From assembly GCF_963921235.1 (NCBI RefSeq), contig NC_086097.1, positions 215,824,001-215,888,000 on the forward strand: a stretch of DNA of 64,000 nt. Direction: 5' to 3'. Source of the DNA: Mobula hypostoma (lineage: Eukaryota). The notes under the pieces were generated by a model that saw only the letters and a program-made list of their open reading frames with translations, was not told the origin of the DNA and made no database searches. Position 1 is the first letter of the stretch. Every line of letters begins with the position of its first letter. Positions 22,585 through 34,445 of the stretch are shown in pieces. A program made the translations under genes and the position numbers.

Positions 22585-23180
22585 TGTCAGTAGTAGGAAA
22601 GAACACAAACAGGCCTTCATTGGTCCGAGTTGATCACGGATATTGCATCCTAGCTGTGCAGGTACACGAGCCAGGGCTGTACAATATTTAGAGCAAACTG
22701 TTGCACATGTAGCAAGCTCCCCCTCTCCACACATCTGATGAATCCAAAGGAACGGTAGAGACCAATACATTTTGGCACCAGCAGCATCGCAGGAGTTACC
22801 AGTCATTGTTGAACTCAATGTAGGACTGCCTTAGGGACTCCAGCTCCAGATGTTTCCCTCGGGTTTCTCCTGAAGCCTACCCCATGAGTGGGTATAGCTG
22901 CAAGGTAGCGGAGGTTTGTGGTCACAGTTTTCCTTCTCCTAAATGAGCTGCCAACCATGGCTGATGAGGCCCAACTGCCCGAAGTAACTGGTGCCAGTAA
23001 CCCGCCTTTGCCCCTTCTCCTGTCAGTGAAAATGGTTCTGCCGGGCTTTGTAGCTAAACCACATGTGAAGGCCAGGGGCTGGTCTTGCTGGTCAGAAGCT
23101 ACCTGTGGCACATGCCAATGGGAGCATTTAATACGTAATGGGAGCTTATCCCCATGACCACCAGGGCTACAACAACCTTA
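22585..23180 (-). mobile_element. Non-autonomous retroelement (possibly RTE-associated) nested in CR1
   Basis: Non-coding GC-balanced block sharing motifs with 7193-7575, with CTA-repeat-like 3' tail on the minus strand; interrupts CR1 coding. Confidence 0.55.
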
Positions 23181-23419
23181 ACAAACCAATAGCAATGTTA
23201 CTGGAGGGAACTATTAGGGATAGGATTTGTGAGCATCTGAAAGACCATGGCCTAATTAGGGAGAATCAGCATGTCTTAGTTCAGGGCAAGTCGTGTCTTA
23301 TCAAAGTGATTGAGTTTTTGTAACGAGGTGGCTGATGAAGGTAGAATTGTGAACTGTACCTGGATTTTAGTAAAGCATTTGAGAATGTCTGTCATTGGAG
23401 GCTCATCCAGAAGATTGGG

Positions 23420-23590
23420 AGCCACATTAGCATAATGCACAGTGCTATTATCACTTGGGGCATCGGAGACTGGAGTTCAATTCTGTAAGGAGTCTCTCTA
23501 TATGCATGGGTTTTCCCCAAGTGCTCTTGTTTTCCCCGGGTGGCCAAGAAAGGGCCAACTCCCTGCTGAATTGCTAAATAAATAAAGATT
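23420..23590. mobile_element. SINE fragments (V-SINE-like) nested in CR1
   Basis: GGAGTTCAATTC B-box-like motif, GTAAGGAGT and GGGTTTTCCCCAAGTGCTC core; AAATAAATAAA tail. Confidence 0.55.
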
Positions 23591-24306
23591 AAGATGCATC
23601 GCATCCAGGGTGAATTGGTCGTTTGGATTCAGAACTGGCTTGCCCATAGGAGCTCGAGGGTAGTGGCTGAAGTGACTTATTTTGTCATTAGTGGTGTTCA
23701 ACAGGGATATGTACTGGGACCTCTGCTGTTTGTGAAGTATATAAATGACCTGAAACAGAATGTAGATGGGTGGGTTAATAGGTTTGCAGACCATATGAGG
23801 ATTGGTGGTGTTGTGGATAGTGAAAATACAACAGGACATAGGTCAGTTGCAAATATGTGCAGAGAAATGGCAGATGGAGCTCAACCTGGCCAAATGTGAA
23901 AAGGCAGTACACTGTTAGGGGCAATATGCTTAACAGTGCTGATAAGTGGAGGGATCTTGGGGTTCAAGTTCATAGCTCACTGAAAGTAGCTGCACAGGTT
24001 GACAGAGTGGTTAAGAAAGCATATGGCATGCTTGCCTTTGTTAGTCAAGGCATTGAGTTCAAAAGTCAGGAAGTTATGTTCTAGCTTCTTAAAAAATTGT
24101 GAGGCCACATCTGGAGTATTGCATACAGTTCTGGTCACCCCATCATAGGAAGGACGGTGAGACTTCAGAGAGGGTGCAGAAGAGGTTTACCAGGATACTT
24201 AAAAATGTAAACACAAGGAATTCTGCAGATGCTGGAAATTCAAGTGACACACATCAAAGTTGCTGGTGAATGCAGCAGGCCAGGCAGCATCTCTAGGAAG
24301 AGGTAC

Positions 24307-24342
24307 AGTCGACGTTTCAGGCCGAGACCCTTCGTCAGGACT
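24307..24342 (-). ncRNA. Minimal type-I hammerhead ribozyme motif
   Basis: Reverse complement reads AGTC CTGACGA AGGGTCTCGGCCT GAAA CGTC GACT, intact core. Confidence 0.8.
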
Positions 24343-24696
24343 AACTGAAGGAAGAGCTAGTAAGAGATTTGAAAGTGGGAGGGGGAGGGGGAGATCCAAA
24401 ATGATAGGAGAAGACAGGAGGGGGAGGGATGGAGTCAAGAGCTGGACAGGTGATTGGCAAAAGGGATATGAGAAGATCATAGGACAGGAGGCCCAGGAAG
24501 AAGGAAAAGGGGGAGGGGGGGAAAACCCAGAGGATGGGCAAGGGGTATAGTCAGAAGGACAGAGGGAGAATATCCCTTTTGCCAATCCCCTGTCCAGCTC
24601 TTGGCTCCATCCCTCCCCCTCCTGTCTTCTCCTATCATTTTGGATCTCCCCCTCCCCCTTCCACTTTCAAATCTCTTACTAGCTCTTCCTTCAGTT

Positions 24697-24732
24697 AGTC
24701 CTGACGAAGGGTCTCAGCCCGAAACGTCGACT
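24697..24732 (+). ncRNA. Minimal type-I hammerhead ribozyme motif
   Basis: AGTC CTGACGA AGGG tctcag CCC GAAA CGTC GACT, intact core. Confidence 0.8.
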
Positions 24733-25366
24733 GTACCTCTTCCTAGAGATGCTGCCTGACCTGCTGCGTTCACCAGCAACTTTGATGTGTGTTGCCAGGA
24801 TATTGCCTGGATTAGGGGGAACCTGCTATAACAAAAGTTTAGACAAATTTGGGTTGTTTTCCCTGGAGTAGCAGAGGCTGAGGGGAGATCTGATAGAGGT
24901 TGATGAGATGCATCCTTAAAGTAGACAGACAATATCTTTTTCCAGGGTTGAAATGCTTAATACCAGAGAGTGTGCATTTAAGGTGAGAGGGGGCAATTTG
25001 AAAGGAAATATGAGGAGCAAGTTTTTCTTATAACGGAGCGTGGATGCCTGAAATGCACTGCCTGGTGTGGTGGTAGGAACAGAAACAGTAGAGACTTTGA
25101 AGGGAAGTTTAGTTTAGCACATGAATATGAGATATTTGGAAGGATATGGACATTATGTAGGCAGAAGAGATTAGTTTAGTTAGCCATTTGATTACTAATT
25201 TAACTGGTTCAGCACAACATTGTGGGCCAAAGGGCCTGTTCCTGTGCTGTGTTGTTCTATGTTATTCGTTAATATGGGAAATCGGGAAGAAGGTCTTATA
25301 TCCTATCAAATGTGCATACTAAAACTTTCCACTTCATCCTTAAATTTCCATAATCATATTGTTGAC

Positions 25367-25640
25367 TGTACCGAAATTGCTGGATCCTGATGTTCTTCAG
25401 AAGTCACGAATGAGGCATTAAACTTATATGCTTATGGTCATTTATTAAGCATTACAAGAACAAAGAAAACAAGAAGAAAGGAAAGACAGCAGAGAACATC
25501 AAGATCCTACTGGCAGGGAGAGGAACAAAGAGGAGAGAGAGAGCCAAGATGGTTTGGTCTTCTTATACTAGATTATTAATTCCATTGATTATCCTTGGAT
25601 TCAAGATTGCTTAATGCATTTCCATTACACGTGTAAAGGA
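25367..25640 (-). repeat. Possible LTR 3' part (R/U5-like)
   Basis: Minus strand shows TATAAG, a CT-rich tract, AATAAA (~25441-25446) and ends ...CGGTACA; no clear PBS or TSD. Confidence 0.3.
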
Positions 25641-25647
25641 GGGGGAA

Positions 25648-25865
25648 CGTCGACTCAGACTATGAGAGGCCTGCATCGGGCATTTTCATGCCTTACAAGG
25701 CGCAGATTGGAAGTCTGTGTGGGGTGCCATTCCTTGCACAGACACTAGAGCAATGTGTGGTTAAGTGCCTTGCTCAAGGACACAAACATGCTGCCACACC
25801 TGAGGCTCAAACTAGCGACCTTCAGATTACTAGACGAACGCCTTAACCACTTGGCCATGTGCTGA
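25648..25865 (-). mobile_element. tRNA-derived SINE with CORE-like domain
   Basis: Minus strand: TGGCCAAGTGGTTAAGGCG head and GTGTCCTTGAGCAAGGCACTTAACC CORE-like motif. Confidence 0.7.
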
Positions 25866-26182
25866 ACACAAAATAAAGGAGAACAAAATAATTGTTACTC
25901 TGGATCCAACCCAGTACAAAAAATCAATAAGATAAAGAACACAATAAAAAGGTACAATAAATGTGCTGTAAATACATAAGATAGCTTACATAGATTGATT
26001 GTATGCTCATAAATTGAAGCTAGGCACAGGAGTGTCTGTACATAAGGTGGCTCTGACCAGAAATGATAAAGGAAGGGTGGATTAGTAGGTGGAGGAGTTG
26101 ATCAGCCAAACTGTTTGCGGAAAGAAACTACTTTTGAGTCTGGTGATCCTGGTGTGGGTGCTGTGTAGCCTCCTCCCTGACA
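25866..26182 (-). mobile_element. Rex1/Babar LINE 3' end
   Basis: Similar to 860-1045 (GCTAGGCACAGGAG..CTGTACATAAGGTG..GATCAGCC). Confidence 0.65.
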
Positions 26183-27902
26183 GAGATTACTTGACGGAGA
26201 AGTACAGGGATGGAACTGGGCAACTGGATAGACTGGAGACTAGTCAGGCTTGTCAGGTTGAATGAACTGCTATTTCCTGGATGTCAACCAGAATTTTCCT
26301 ACATCTGCACATCTGCATCAGCAAGTTTTGGTTTTCAGCAAATGTGAGTCCAGCCAAGTGGCATTCCAGCATTTTCCTGACACTTGCTGCAATGAACCTA
26401 CTTGAACAACTTGCACCAGATTAAATATGACAAAACAACAGCATCACCTTACATTTTAATAGAAAGGAAAAATTTAACTGTTTATTGTTTGGTCGTCTAT
26501 ATTCTTGTCTTTAATAATTAACATTTTAATTGTTTGGCTCCAGTGCCCAAGACAGAGATTGTCCACACAATCAAGGGTCATTTGTCCATGAAGCCAACTG
26601 GTCCTCTGTCGGGCAATCCAGACAGTCCCATTTGGTAGCTCCTTCACAGTAGCCCTATAAAACTTCTCAACCCCCATGACATTTCGTTATTTATCATATT
26701 CCTTTAATTTTGAACACAGGTAAATGTCAATTTATGATCAACAAATCACAGTTTTTCTGGCTTCTTTATGTTACTATAGTCACTCATTCTGTTCTAGATA
26801 AAGGAGCACAATCTCAACCACGCAGAGTACAAGTAGCCTGCTGTAAAAAAATATTCAGTATTAATGCAAGAAAAATGTAACTGTAACATCTAATCCACTT
26901 TATATTACATCTTTCACGCCTTTGTATACTGTATCTGAAACACAAGCAATGAATTGTAAATCCAAATTCTTTATGAAGAATATTCTGTCTGTTGAAGTTC
27001 ACAATAATCAGTCCTATCACCACCATTCTATCATTTATGTATAAGCCCTACAAAACACTATCTGGACCTCCACAGGAAGTATCTTTTCATTTTCTTGATA
27101 TGCAGTTTTATTCTCTTTGCCCTAGACAAATTCACTTTAAGTGTTCATATCTTTTAGCTTGGCAGAAATTGTTTGCCCTGCAGGTCTAGAAGTTCACAAC
27201 AAGCTACAAAGTCATTTAATGAACAGAAATGCAAATTTCAAAGCCACCGGAGCATTTCTGTATAGGGGTGGTTTGCACTGATCAAACAGCACAATAATTC
27301 TCTGCTGTGCCAAAAGTAGTTTCGGTCTGCTTACTGGTGAAACTTCAGTAATTACGAAAAATAGATGATGAGAATACAGTGATAAAGATGGACACAACTC
27401 TTAACAGTGCTATCGATCAATGAATTTTCAAAACAGTTCAACAATCCGTCTCAGAATGATATTATATTCATGGCTGTGATCACATCTGGTGAGGGAAAGT
27501 AAATCAGATTCATTAACATTCACTGCATGTATTAATTATTATAATTGATGTAGTCATGCATTTCAAAGGACATCCCATCTAACCTTCCTTCTGTTACTTC
27601 TAATTCAGATCAAATACATGCATTATAGGTCTTAGAATGCCTCAATGGGCTTAGATATCAAGTGGAGTATCATACAAACCAGAATGTTTCAACTTTTAAT
27701 ATATGGTCCATGCAAATCTCAATTTGACATATAAAATTGGTTTAATTTCCTAGTTATTGCATAAATAAGTAGATGTAGACATTTGGCAAGGAGAAGATTA
27801 GGTTTAGGTGTGCTGGTTCATGACAAAACTAATGAATGAAGTCCTGTAATAAAATTAATCGCAGTTTGGAATATGCCTTGATTTGGTATTTTTATTGATG
27901 AT

Positions 27903-28240
27903 ATGGTGGCACAGTGATTAAGTTACTGGACTAGCAACACAGTGGCTTGGATTGATGATCTGAAGGCAGGAGTTCAAACTCCACCAAGACAGCTGGGTAT
28001 TTAAATTCGGTTAATTAATTTCTGGAATTAGAAAAAAGAGCTAATGTCAGTAAAGGTGATCATAAAACTACCAGATTTTTCTTAAATTCTGACAGCTTCA
28101 CTAATCTCCTTTAGCGAAGAAAATCAGCTATCTTTACCCCATATGACCTTTATGCAATTCCAGACCTACTGCAATGAGGGGGATTCTCAGGGTCCTTCCT
28201 AAACAGACTAGCAAGCAACATCAATTGGAGACAAGTGTTT
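27903..28240 (+). mobile_element. Old tRNA-derived SINE
   Basis: TGGCACAGTG A-box-like and GTTCAAACTCC B-box-like motifs; body CTTCACTAATCTCCTTTAGCGAAGAAAATC is echoed at ~50380-50450. Confidence 0.6.
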
Positions 28241-28691
28241 GATACTTGCCTTGTTTTTGTGGTATATATGCAAGTAAGTAAATTAAGGAATGATTCATAT
28301 TCATCCATTATAGCAGCAGTTACAAGAAAACAACACAGATACAGTATTTAAATGTAAAATCATAATGAATAATAGTTTTAAATAATGGTTAATAACCATT
28401 AATAATTAGCAATAGTCATTTTAAAACCTCTTGTGGTCACACCACTACCCATCTGTACAAAGCTCCTCCAGCTCTACAAACCCCAGGATAATCCATTCCT
28501 TATCTAGTAACCATGCAAGGCCCAAAATACATGGCCATTCTTACCATCACCTGTAAACATTTCCATCTCTCTACCCTGCATTAATAGCAATTCAGTGAAG
28601 TGCCTTGGGCATTTTTGCAATGTTGAAAGATGCACATAAATGGAAGTTCTCATTGACGTATACTTGTTCTCAACCAACATCAATAAAACTA

Positions 28692-28970
28692 GGCCTTTGA
28701 CTAGAACTAGAGGTCATGGGTTAAGGATGAAAAGTGAAATGTTGAAGGCGGACATGAGGGAGAACTTTTTCACTCAGAGGGGGCTGAGAGCGTGGAATGA
28801 GCTGCCAGTGCAAGTGGTGGATATGGGCTCGATTTCAACATTTTAGAGAAATTTGGGTAGGTACTTGAATGGGAGGGTGCAGGTTGATGGGACTAGGCAG
28901 ATTAATAGTTTGACATGGACTAAATAAGCCAAAAAATATGTTTCTGTGTTGTGGTGCCCTGTGACTCTAT
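28692..28970 (+). mobile_element. CR1 LINE 3' end
   Basis: TRTRGHGLRMK..RENFFTQR..AWNELP. Confidence 0.8.
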
Positions 28971-29129
28971 AAAACCATTCCTTATTTCTGTATGGTGGAT
29001 CTTGTGTGAGTGCCAGTGAGGGAGTTACCACTTTCTCAGAGATCAGCATATGACGTCCATATGCTGCCACTCAGAGAGTGGGATTCAGGTTACTAAGAGT
29101 GTAATTGCTGTAGATTTTACAATTTCTCA

Positions 29130-29880
29130 TTAGTTCTGCGAATAAGCCCCACTTGGATGCGGTCAGTGCTTCCAGCAAAAACATTCTTTTGTAACTGACC
29201 CTGAATGAACAATAAAGATTCAAGGTAATACCCTACAAAACAATGGACCATTTCCTAGATCTCAGGGACCAGCTCTCTCCCAAGGCAGATATTGAAGATA
29301 GTGAGAATTTCATCATTAATAAGCCAGTTTAGCCTTTGCCTGATCACATAAAATAATGATTTGAAAATACGATTACTATCTTCACAAGATTCTCCACGAT
29401 CACTAGAAGCAGATGTAACCGAACGTCAGTCTCCTCTTTCAGGTCAACCTCTCCAGCATTGACACCCTGGTTACCCAGTTAGCTACGTTGACTTACCAAT
29501 ATTGTTTCCAAGCCTGACACCAAGTTTCAGATCAAACAGTGGATTCATAGCTCAGTTACAGGAATAGATCATGAGGCAAGCAGGAAAAGTGATTTCAAAA
29601 TGTGCCCAAAGCCACCTAGAAAAAAAATTGCATCATACCCACTGTTGCTTAGGCATGCCTTGTTCATGATTAAACCCAAAAGAGGAAGGAGCACTTGGGA
29701 TGATGCTGAGAACCTCAAGTCCACATATTAGAAGCCCTGTGAAAATGAAACAAGGGTCATATCATTTCACCCTCTTAAGCAGCACCTGCCTAATCTGTAA
29801 AGTCTGCATATCCCATATTGGCCCAAGTCTCTTCAAAGCAGACAAGTCCAAAATGAAAAGAAGCCTCAATCAGAAGAGAG
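29130..29880 (+). mobile_element. Ancient RTE-like LINE fragment
   Basis: Decayed MDHF.DL..QLSPKADIED similar to the RTE ORF2 post-RT region; later cysteine-containing CLICKVC.SHIG segment. Confidence 0.45.
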
Positions 29881-30489
29881 TGGTTCTTTTTTACATTACA
29901 AAGAAATGATAAATGAAATCAATTAAATAACTAGATGATAGTAAAGATTAATCAGAGATGCCCTACTATAATGAATTGTCCTGATTTTGTTTTGTATGAT
30001 GCGTGCATTTACTGGGATATAACAACATTCTAAATTCTACTAAACTGCAACAAGAATAAAATTAATTTAAAACTAGTCTGAGAGACAATTTTTTCCATCA
30101 AGTCAGGCCTATCTGACTCCAACCCATACAAGGTCACTTAATGGAGCAACCTTTACAAAACAGAAGTTGGAATTTAACCCTGTCATTGACATTCCAAGAA
30201 CTGCCTCACAACCCTGCCCCATTTTTCAACTAACAGTTCAACTCAACAAAGCACTCAGCTCTTACTGCATTAGTTCAGTGAATCCATCTTAATCTTAAAC
30301 CATAACTTTCCCCACAACTATCAAAATAATTTCACCTTTCTTACTGATTTGTTTAGTTTTTCAACAAAATCATTACTAAGATCTGGTTCAAATAAAGCAT
30401 CAAATAAAGTATAACTCTTCCAGGGTTCCATGACACATTTCAACCATCTCAAGGAAATGCAACTTTCAATACTGTATCCACAATTAAAT

Positions 30490-31350
30490 GTACAGCACAG
30501 TACAAGCACTTTGGCACATTTGGTTCATGCCGAACCATTTAAACTGCTTACTCCCATTGACCTACACTGGGAGCATAGCCCTCCATACCCTTATCATCCA
30601 GGTACATATCCAAACTTCACAAACGTTGAAATTGAGCTTGCATGCACCACTTGCACTCACAACTCATTCTACACTCTCGCGACTCTCTGGGGCAAGAAGT
30701 TTCCCCTCATGTCCCCTTAAACTTTTCACCTTTCATACTTAACCCATGAGCCATCCAACCTAAGTGGAAAAAGCGTGATTGCATTTAACCTATCTATACC
30801 CCTCATAATTTTGTATACCTCTATCAAACCTCTTCTCAGTCTTCTCTTTTGTAAGGAATAAAGTCCTAACCCAATTCAATCTTTCCCGATAACTCAGGTC
30901 CTCCAGACCCGGCAGTATCCTTGTAAATTTTCTCTGTATTCTTTCAACCTCATTTACATCTTCCCTGAAGGTAGGTGATCAAAACTGCACACAATACTCC
31001 AAATTAGGCCTCACCAACATCTTATACAACTTCAACGTAACATTCCACCTCTTGTACTCAATACTTTGATTTATAAAGGCCAATGTGCCAAAAGCTTTCT
31101 TTCCAATGATATCTACCTGTGATGCCACTTTCAATGAATTATGGACCTGTATGCCCAGATTCTTTTGCTCTACCATTCACTGTGTAAGACCTACCCTGGT
31201 TGGTCCTACCGATCAGCCACTGCTTTTCCTGTAATACCATGGGCTCTTAACTTGTTAAGCAGCCTCATGTGTGGCACCTTTTCAAAGGCGTTCTGAAAAT
31301 CCAAGTACACAATATTCACCAATTCTCCTTTGTCTGCCCTTCTTGTTATT
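30490..31350 (-). mobile_element. CR1 LINE 3' fragment(s)
   Basis: ORF 30979-31176(-): LGIQVHNSLKVASQVD..LVRPNLEYCVQF. Confidence 0.85.
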
Positions 31351-31389
31351 TCTTCAAAGAATTCCTGTATTGTGTGCAATTTTGGTCAC

Positions 31390-33210
31390 CTACCTCAAGG
31401 TTCTGAAAGAGGTGACTGGAGAGATTGTGGAGACATTAGTAATGATCTTTCAAGAATCAATTGATTCTGGCATAGTTCCAGAGGAATGGAAAATTGCAAA
31501 TGTCACTCCACTCTTCAAGAAGGGAGAGAGGCAAAATAAAAAAAAATTATAGGCCAGTTAGTCTGACCACAGTGGTTAAGAAGATATTGGACTCGATTGT
31601 TAAGGATGTAGTGTCAGGGTACATGATAAAATAGTCTGTAGTCAGCATAGTTCCCTCACAGGAGAATCATGCCTGACAAACTGTTGAAATTCTTGGAAGA
31701 AATAACAGGGAAGGCAGACAAAGGAGAATGGGTGGATGTTGTGTACTTGGATTTTCAGAAGGCCTTTGACAAGGTGTTACAGATGAGGCTGCTTAACAAG
31801 TTAAGAGCTCATGGTATTACATGAAAGCATGGGTAAAGCAGTGGCTGATTGGCAGGAAGCAAAGAGTGGGAATAAAGGGAGTCTTTTCTGTTGGTGACTA
31901 GTGGAGTTCCACAGGGGTCAGTTTTGGGACTACTTTTTTTTTGTATTGTATATCAATGATTTAGATGATGGAATAGATGGCTTTGTTGCCCAGTTTGCAG
32001 ATGATGTGAAGATTGGTTGAAGGGCAGGTAGTATTGAGGAAATTGGTAGGCTGCAGAAGGACTTAGACAGATTTCAAGAATGAATCAGAATTAGGTTTAT
32101 CATCACCGGCATGTGACGTGAAATTTGTTAATTGGTTCGCAGCAGTTCAATGCAATACATAACGAGCAGAGAAAAAATAAAATAATAATGATAATAATAA
32201 TAAATAAACAAGTAAATCAATTTCATATATTGAATAGATTTTTTAAAAAACATGCAAAAATAGTCGAGGTTTCTGTACCTCCTACCTGATGGTAACAGTG
32301 AGAAAAGGGCATGCCCTGGGTACTGGAGGTCCTTAATAATAGATGCTGCCTTTCTGAGACACTGCTTCCTAAAGATGTCCTGGGTACTTTGTAGCCTAGT
32401 ACCCAAGAGCTGAAAGTGGCAAATGAAATATAATGTTGGAACATGCATGGCCATGCACTTTGATAGTAGAAATAAGTATGCAGACTATTTTCTAAACAGG
32501 GAGAAAATCCAAAAAACCTGAGATGCAAAAGGACTTGGGAGTCCTTGTGCAGAACACCCTAAAGATTAACTTGCAGGTTGAATCTGTGGTGAGGAAGGTA
32601 AAAGCAATTTTAGCATTCATTTCAAGAGGACTAGAATTTTTTAAAAAAGGATGTAATGTTGAGACTATATAAAGCACTGGTGAGGCCACACTTGGAGTAT
32701 TGTGAGCAGTTTTGGATCCCTTATCTAAGAAAGGATATGCTGACATTGGAGTGGTTTCAAAGGAGATTCAGGAAAATGATTTTGTGACTGAAAGGCTTGA
32801 CATATGAAAAGTGTATGATGGCCCTGGCCTCTGGAATTTAGAAGAATGTGGGATGACTTCATTGAAACCTATCAAATAGTGAAAGGGCTTGATAGAGTGG
32901 ATGTGGAGAGGACGTTGATGAGGTGGGGGGGGGGCAGTCTAAGACCAGAGGACACAGCCTCAGAACAGAGGGACATCTTTTTAGAACAGAGATAAGGAGA
33001 AATATTCTTTAGCCAGAGAGTGGCAAATCTGTGGAATTCTTTGCCACAGGCAGCTATGGAGGTCAAATCTTTATGTAACATTTAAGGCAGAGGTTGATAT
33101 ATTCTTGATTAATCAGGGCTGAGAGAGAAAATGAATCAGCCATGATGAAATGGCAGAGCAGACTCGATGGGCCAAATGGCCTAATTCTGCTCCTACATCT
33201 TATGGTCTTA
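31390..33210 (+). mobile_element. CR1 LINE RT and 3' end, degenerate, interrupted by a Rex1/Babar tail
   Basis: IFQESIDSGIVPEEWKIANVTPLFKKG, YLDFQKAFDKV, PQGSVLG, FADD; TCTTATGGTCTTA tail. Confidence 0.88.
32082..32408 (-). mobile_element. Rex1/Babar 3' end, same subfamily as 4943-6522
   Basis: GAATCAGAAT..TTTATCATCACCGGCATG tail closely matches 4941-5130; IIKDLQYPGHALFSLLPSGRR. Confidence 0.85.
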
Positions 33211-33934
33211 CCACCTCGCACTTGTTTGCATTAAATTCCATCTGCTATTTCTCAGCCCATTTTTTCCAGTTAGTCCAGATCCCTCTGCAAGCCATGATAA
33301 CCCTCCTCATTGTGCCAGTGATATTAAATCTGTCTCTGATTTCAACACAGAATTAATTTTCACCCTAATACCCCATATATTAAACAACTTCTAAAACACC
33401 TACAATGTCTCAGTAGGATTAACTCGTATCAAATTCCACCAATATCAATTATAAAAAAAAGTTCCTGCCAATTCTACACCTGGGTTAAATTCACATATTT
33501 CACTTACCACTGAGCTTTCAAATGCAAGATTGATTTCTTACTCCTTGGCACAAATTCATAATTAGCCTAAACACTAGTTTTCTGCTGCAATGAAATGGCC
33601 AATTGTGGCATAACTGATCATTAACAAAATCAATCAATTATTCCATCAATGGTTAAACCAAACCATTGTCAAGGTTGTAAATAAACCAATAGTTCCTAGT
33701 CATCAAAAGTTCCATTCACAGCCTTTATAAAGCTTTACCACTCAGCAAATTTTTGAACCACTAGATTCTCTCTACCTAAAAGTCAACCTTTCATGAATAT
33801 TCATTGTTCATACGGTTTAATCTCAAAAGTAATGGTGAAATATAAATATTGCAAAGAAGCTGTCCAATGTAGAGCCTGCATTCATCTGTCCAAATCTAAA
33901 TTTTTTATTCATAATTTTGAGTTATGATTTCAGC

Positions 33935-34445
33935 GGACTGGAAGGTTCTACACTGGGTAGTCAAAATTGCCCAACACGTCATGGGCACCAGCCTACCCAC
34001 CATCAAGGACATATATACAGAAAGGTGCTGGAAAAGGCCAGAAACACCCTGCACATGGATTGTTTGCTCCGCACCCATCAGGGAGGAGTCTACATAACAT
34101 TCACACCAGGACCACCCAACTGAAAAGACATTTGCTTTCCCCAAGCAGTACGACTGATCACATCTCCACCCACTAACCCACACTTCCACATCCCCCATCC
34201 CCACTACTTCATCATTTCCCATCAGAGTCACCTTATGTACAGACAATTCTGTACTTTATGGACATACTATCTATCTATCTATCTATCTATCTATATAGTA
34301 TAAGCTATCTTATGCATTTATACAGTATTTATTGTGTTCTTTATCTTATTTTTTTTGGTACTGTATCAGATCTGGAGTAACGATTATTTCATTCTCTTTT
34401 ACATTTCTGTACCGGAAATGAGATTAAGCAATCTTGAATCTTGAA
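33935..34445 (+). mobile_element. Rex1/Babar LINE 3' end containing a (CTAT)n microsatellite
   Basis: AHGLFAPHPSGRSLHNIHTRTTQLK; AATCTTGAATCTTGAA tail; (CTAT)~7 at ~34267-34294. Confidence 0.75.

Larger units (their letters stand above)
24198..24794. mobile_element. Young fold-back PLE insertion with long inverted arms
   Basis: Arms ~24245-24465 and ~24575-24795 are near-perfect reverse complements; 8-bp TSD CCAGGATA at 24190-24197 and 24795-24802. Confidence 0.9.
22125..25266 (+). mobile_element. CR1 LINE ORF2 3' half, degenerate, with three nested insertions
   Basis: IKENPKAFYTY, GKSCLIKVIEF, QGYVLGPLLF..RFAD, VVKKAYGMLAF; GGGCCTGTTCCTGTGCTGTGTTGTTCTATG tail. Confidence 0.88.

Noticed and set aside
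23000..23180. Possible twister or HDV-like ribozyme at the 5' end of the non-autonomous element (AAGCCCGG motif on the minus strand)
   Set aside because: I could not build the required pseudoknot pairings by eye; an Infernal search would be needed
25367..26381. Candidate 5' LTR of the Gag fossil
   Set aside because: No TGG-starting PBS next to the CA end and no matching TSD or second LTR; kept only as a low-confidence feature
26544..26640. Possible plus-strand exon (PKTEIVHTIKGHLSMKPTGPLSGNPDSPIW)
   Set aside because: Weak donor, unrecognised peptide, no compatible neighbouring exons
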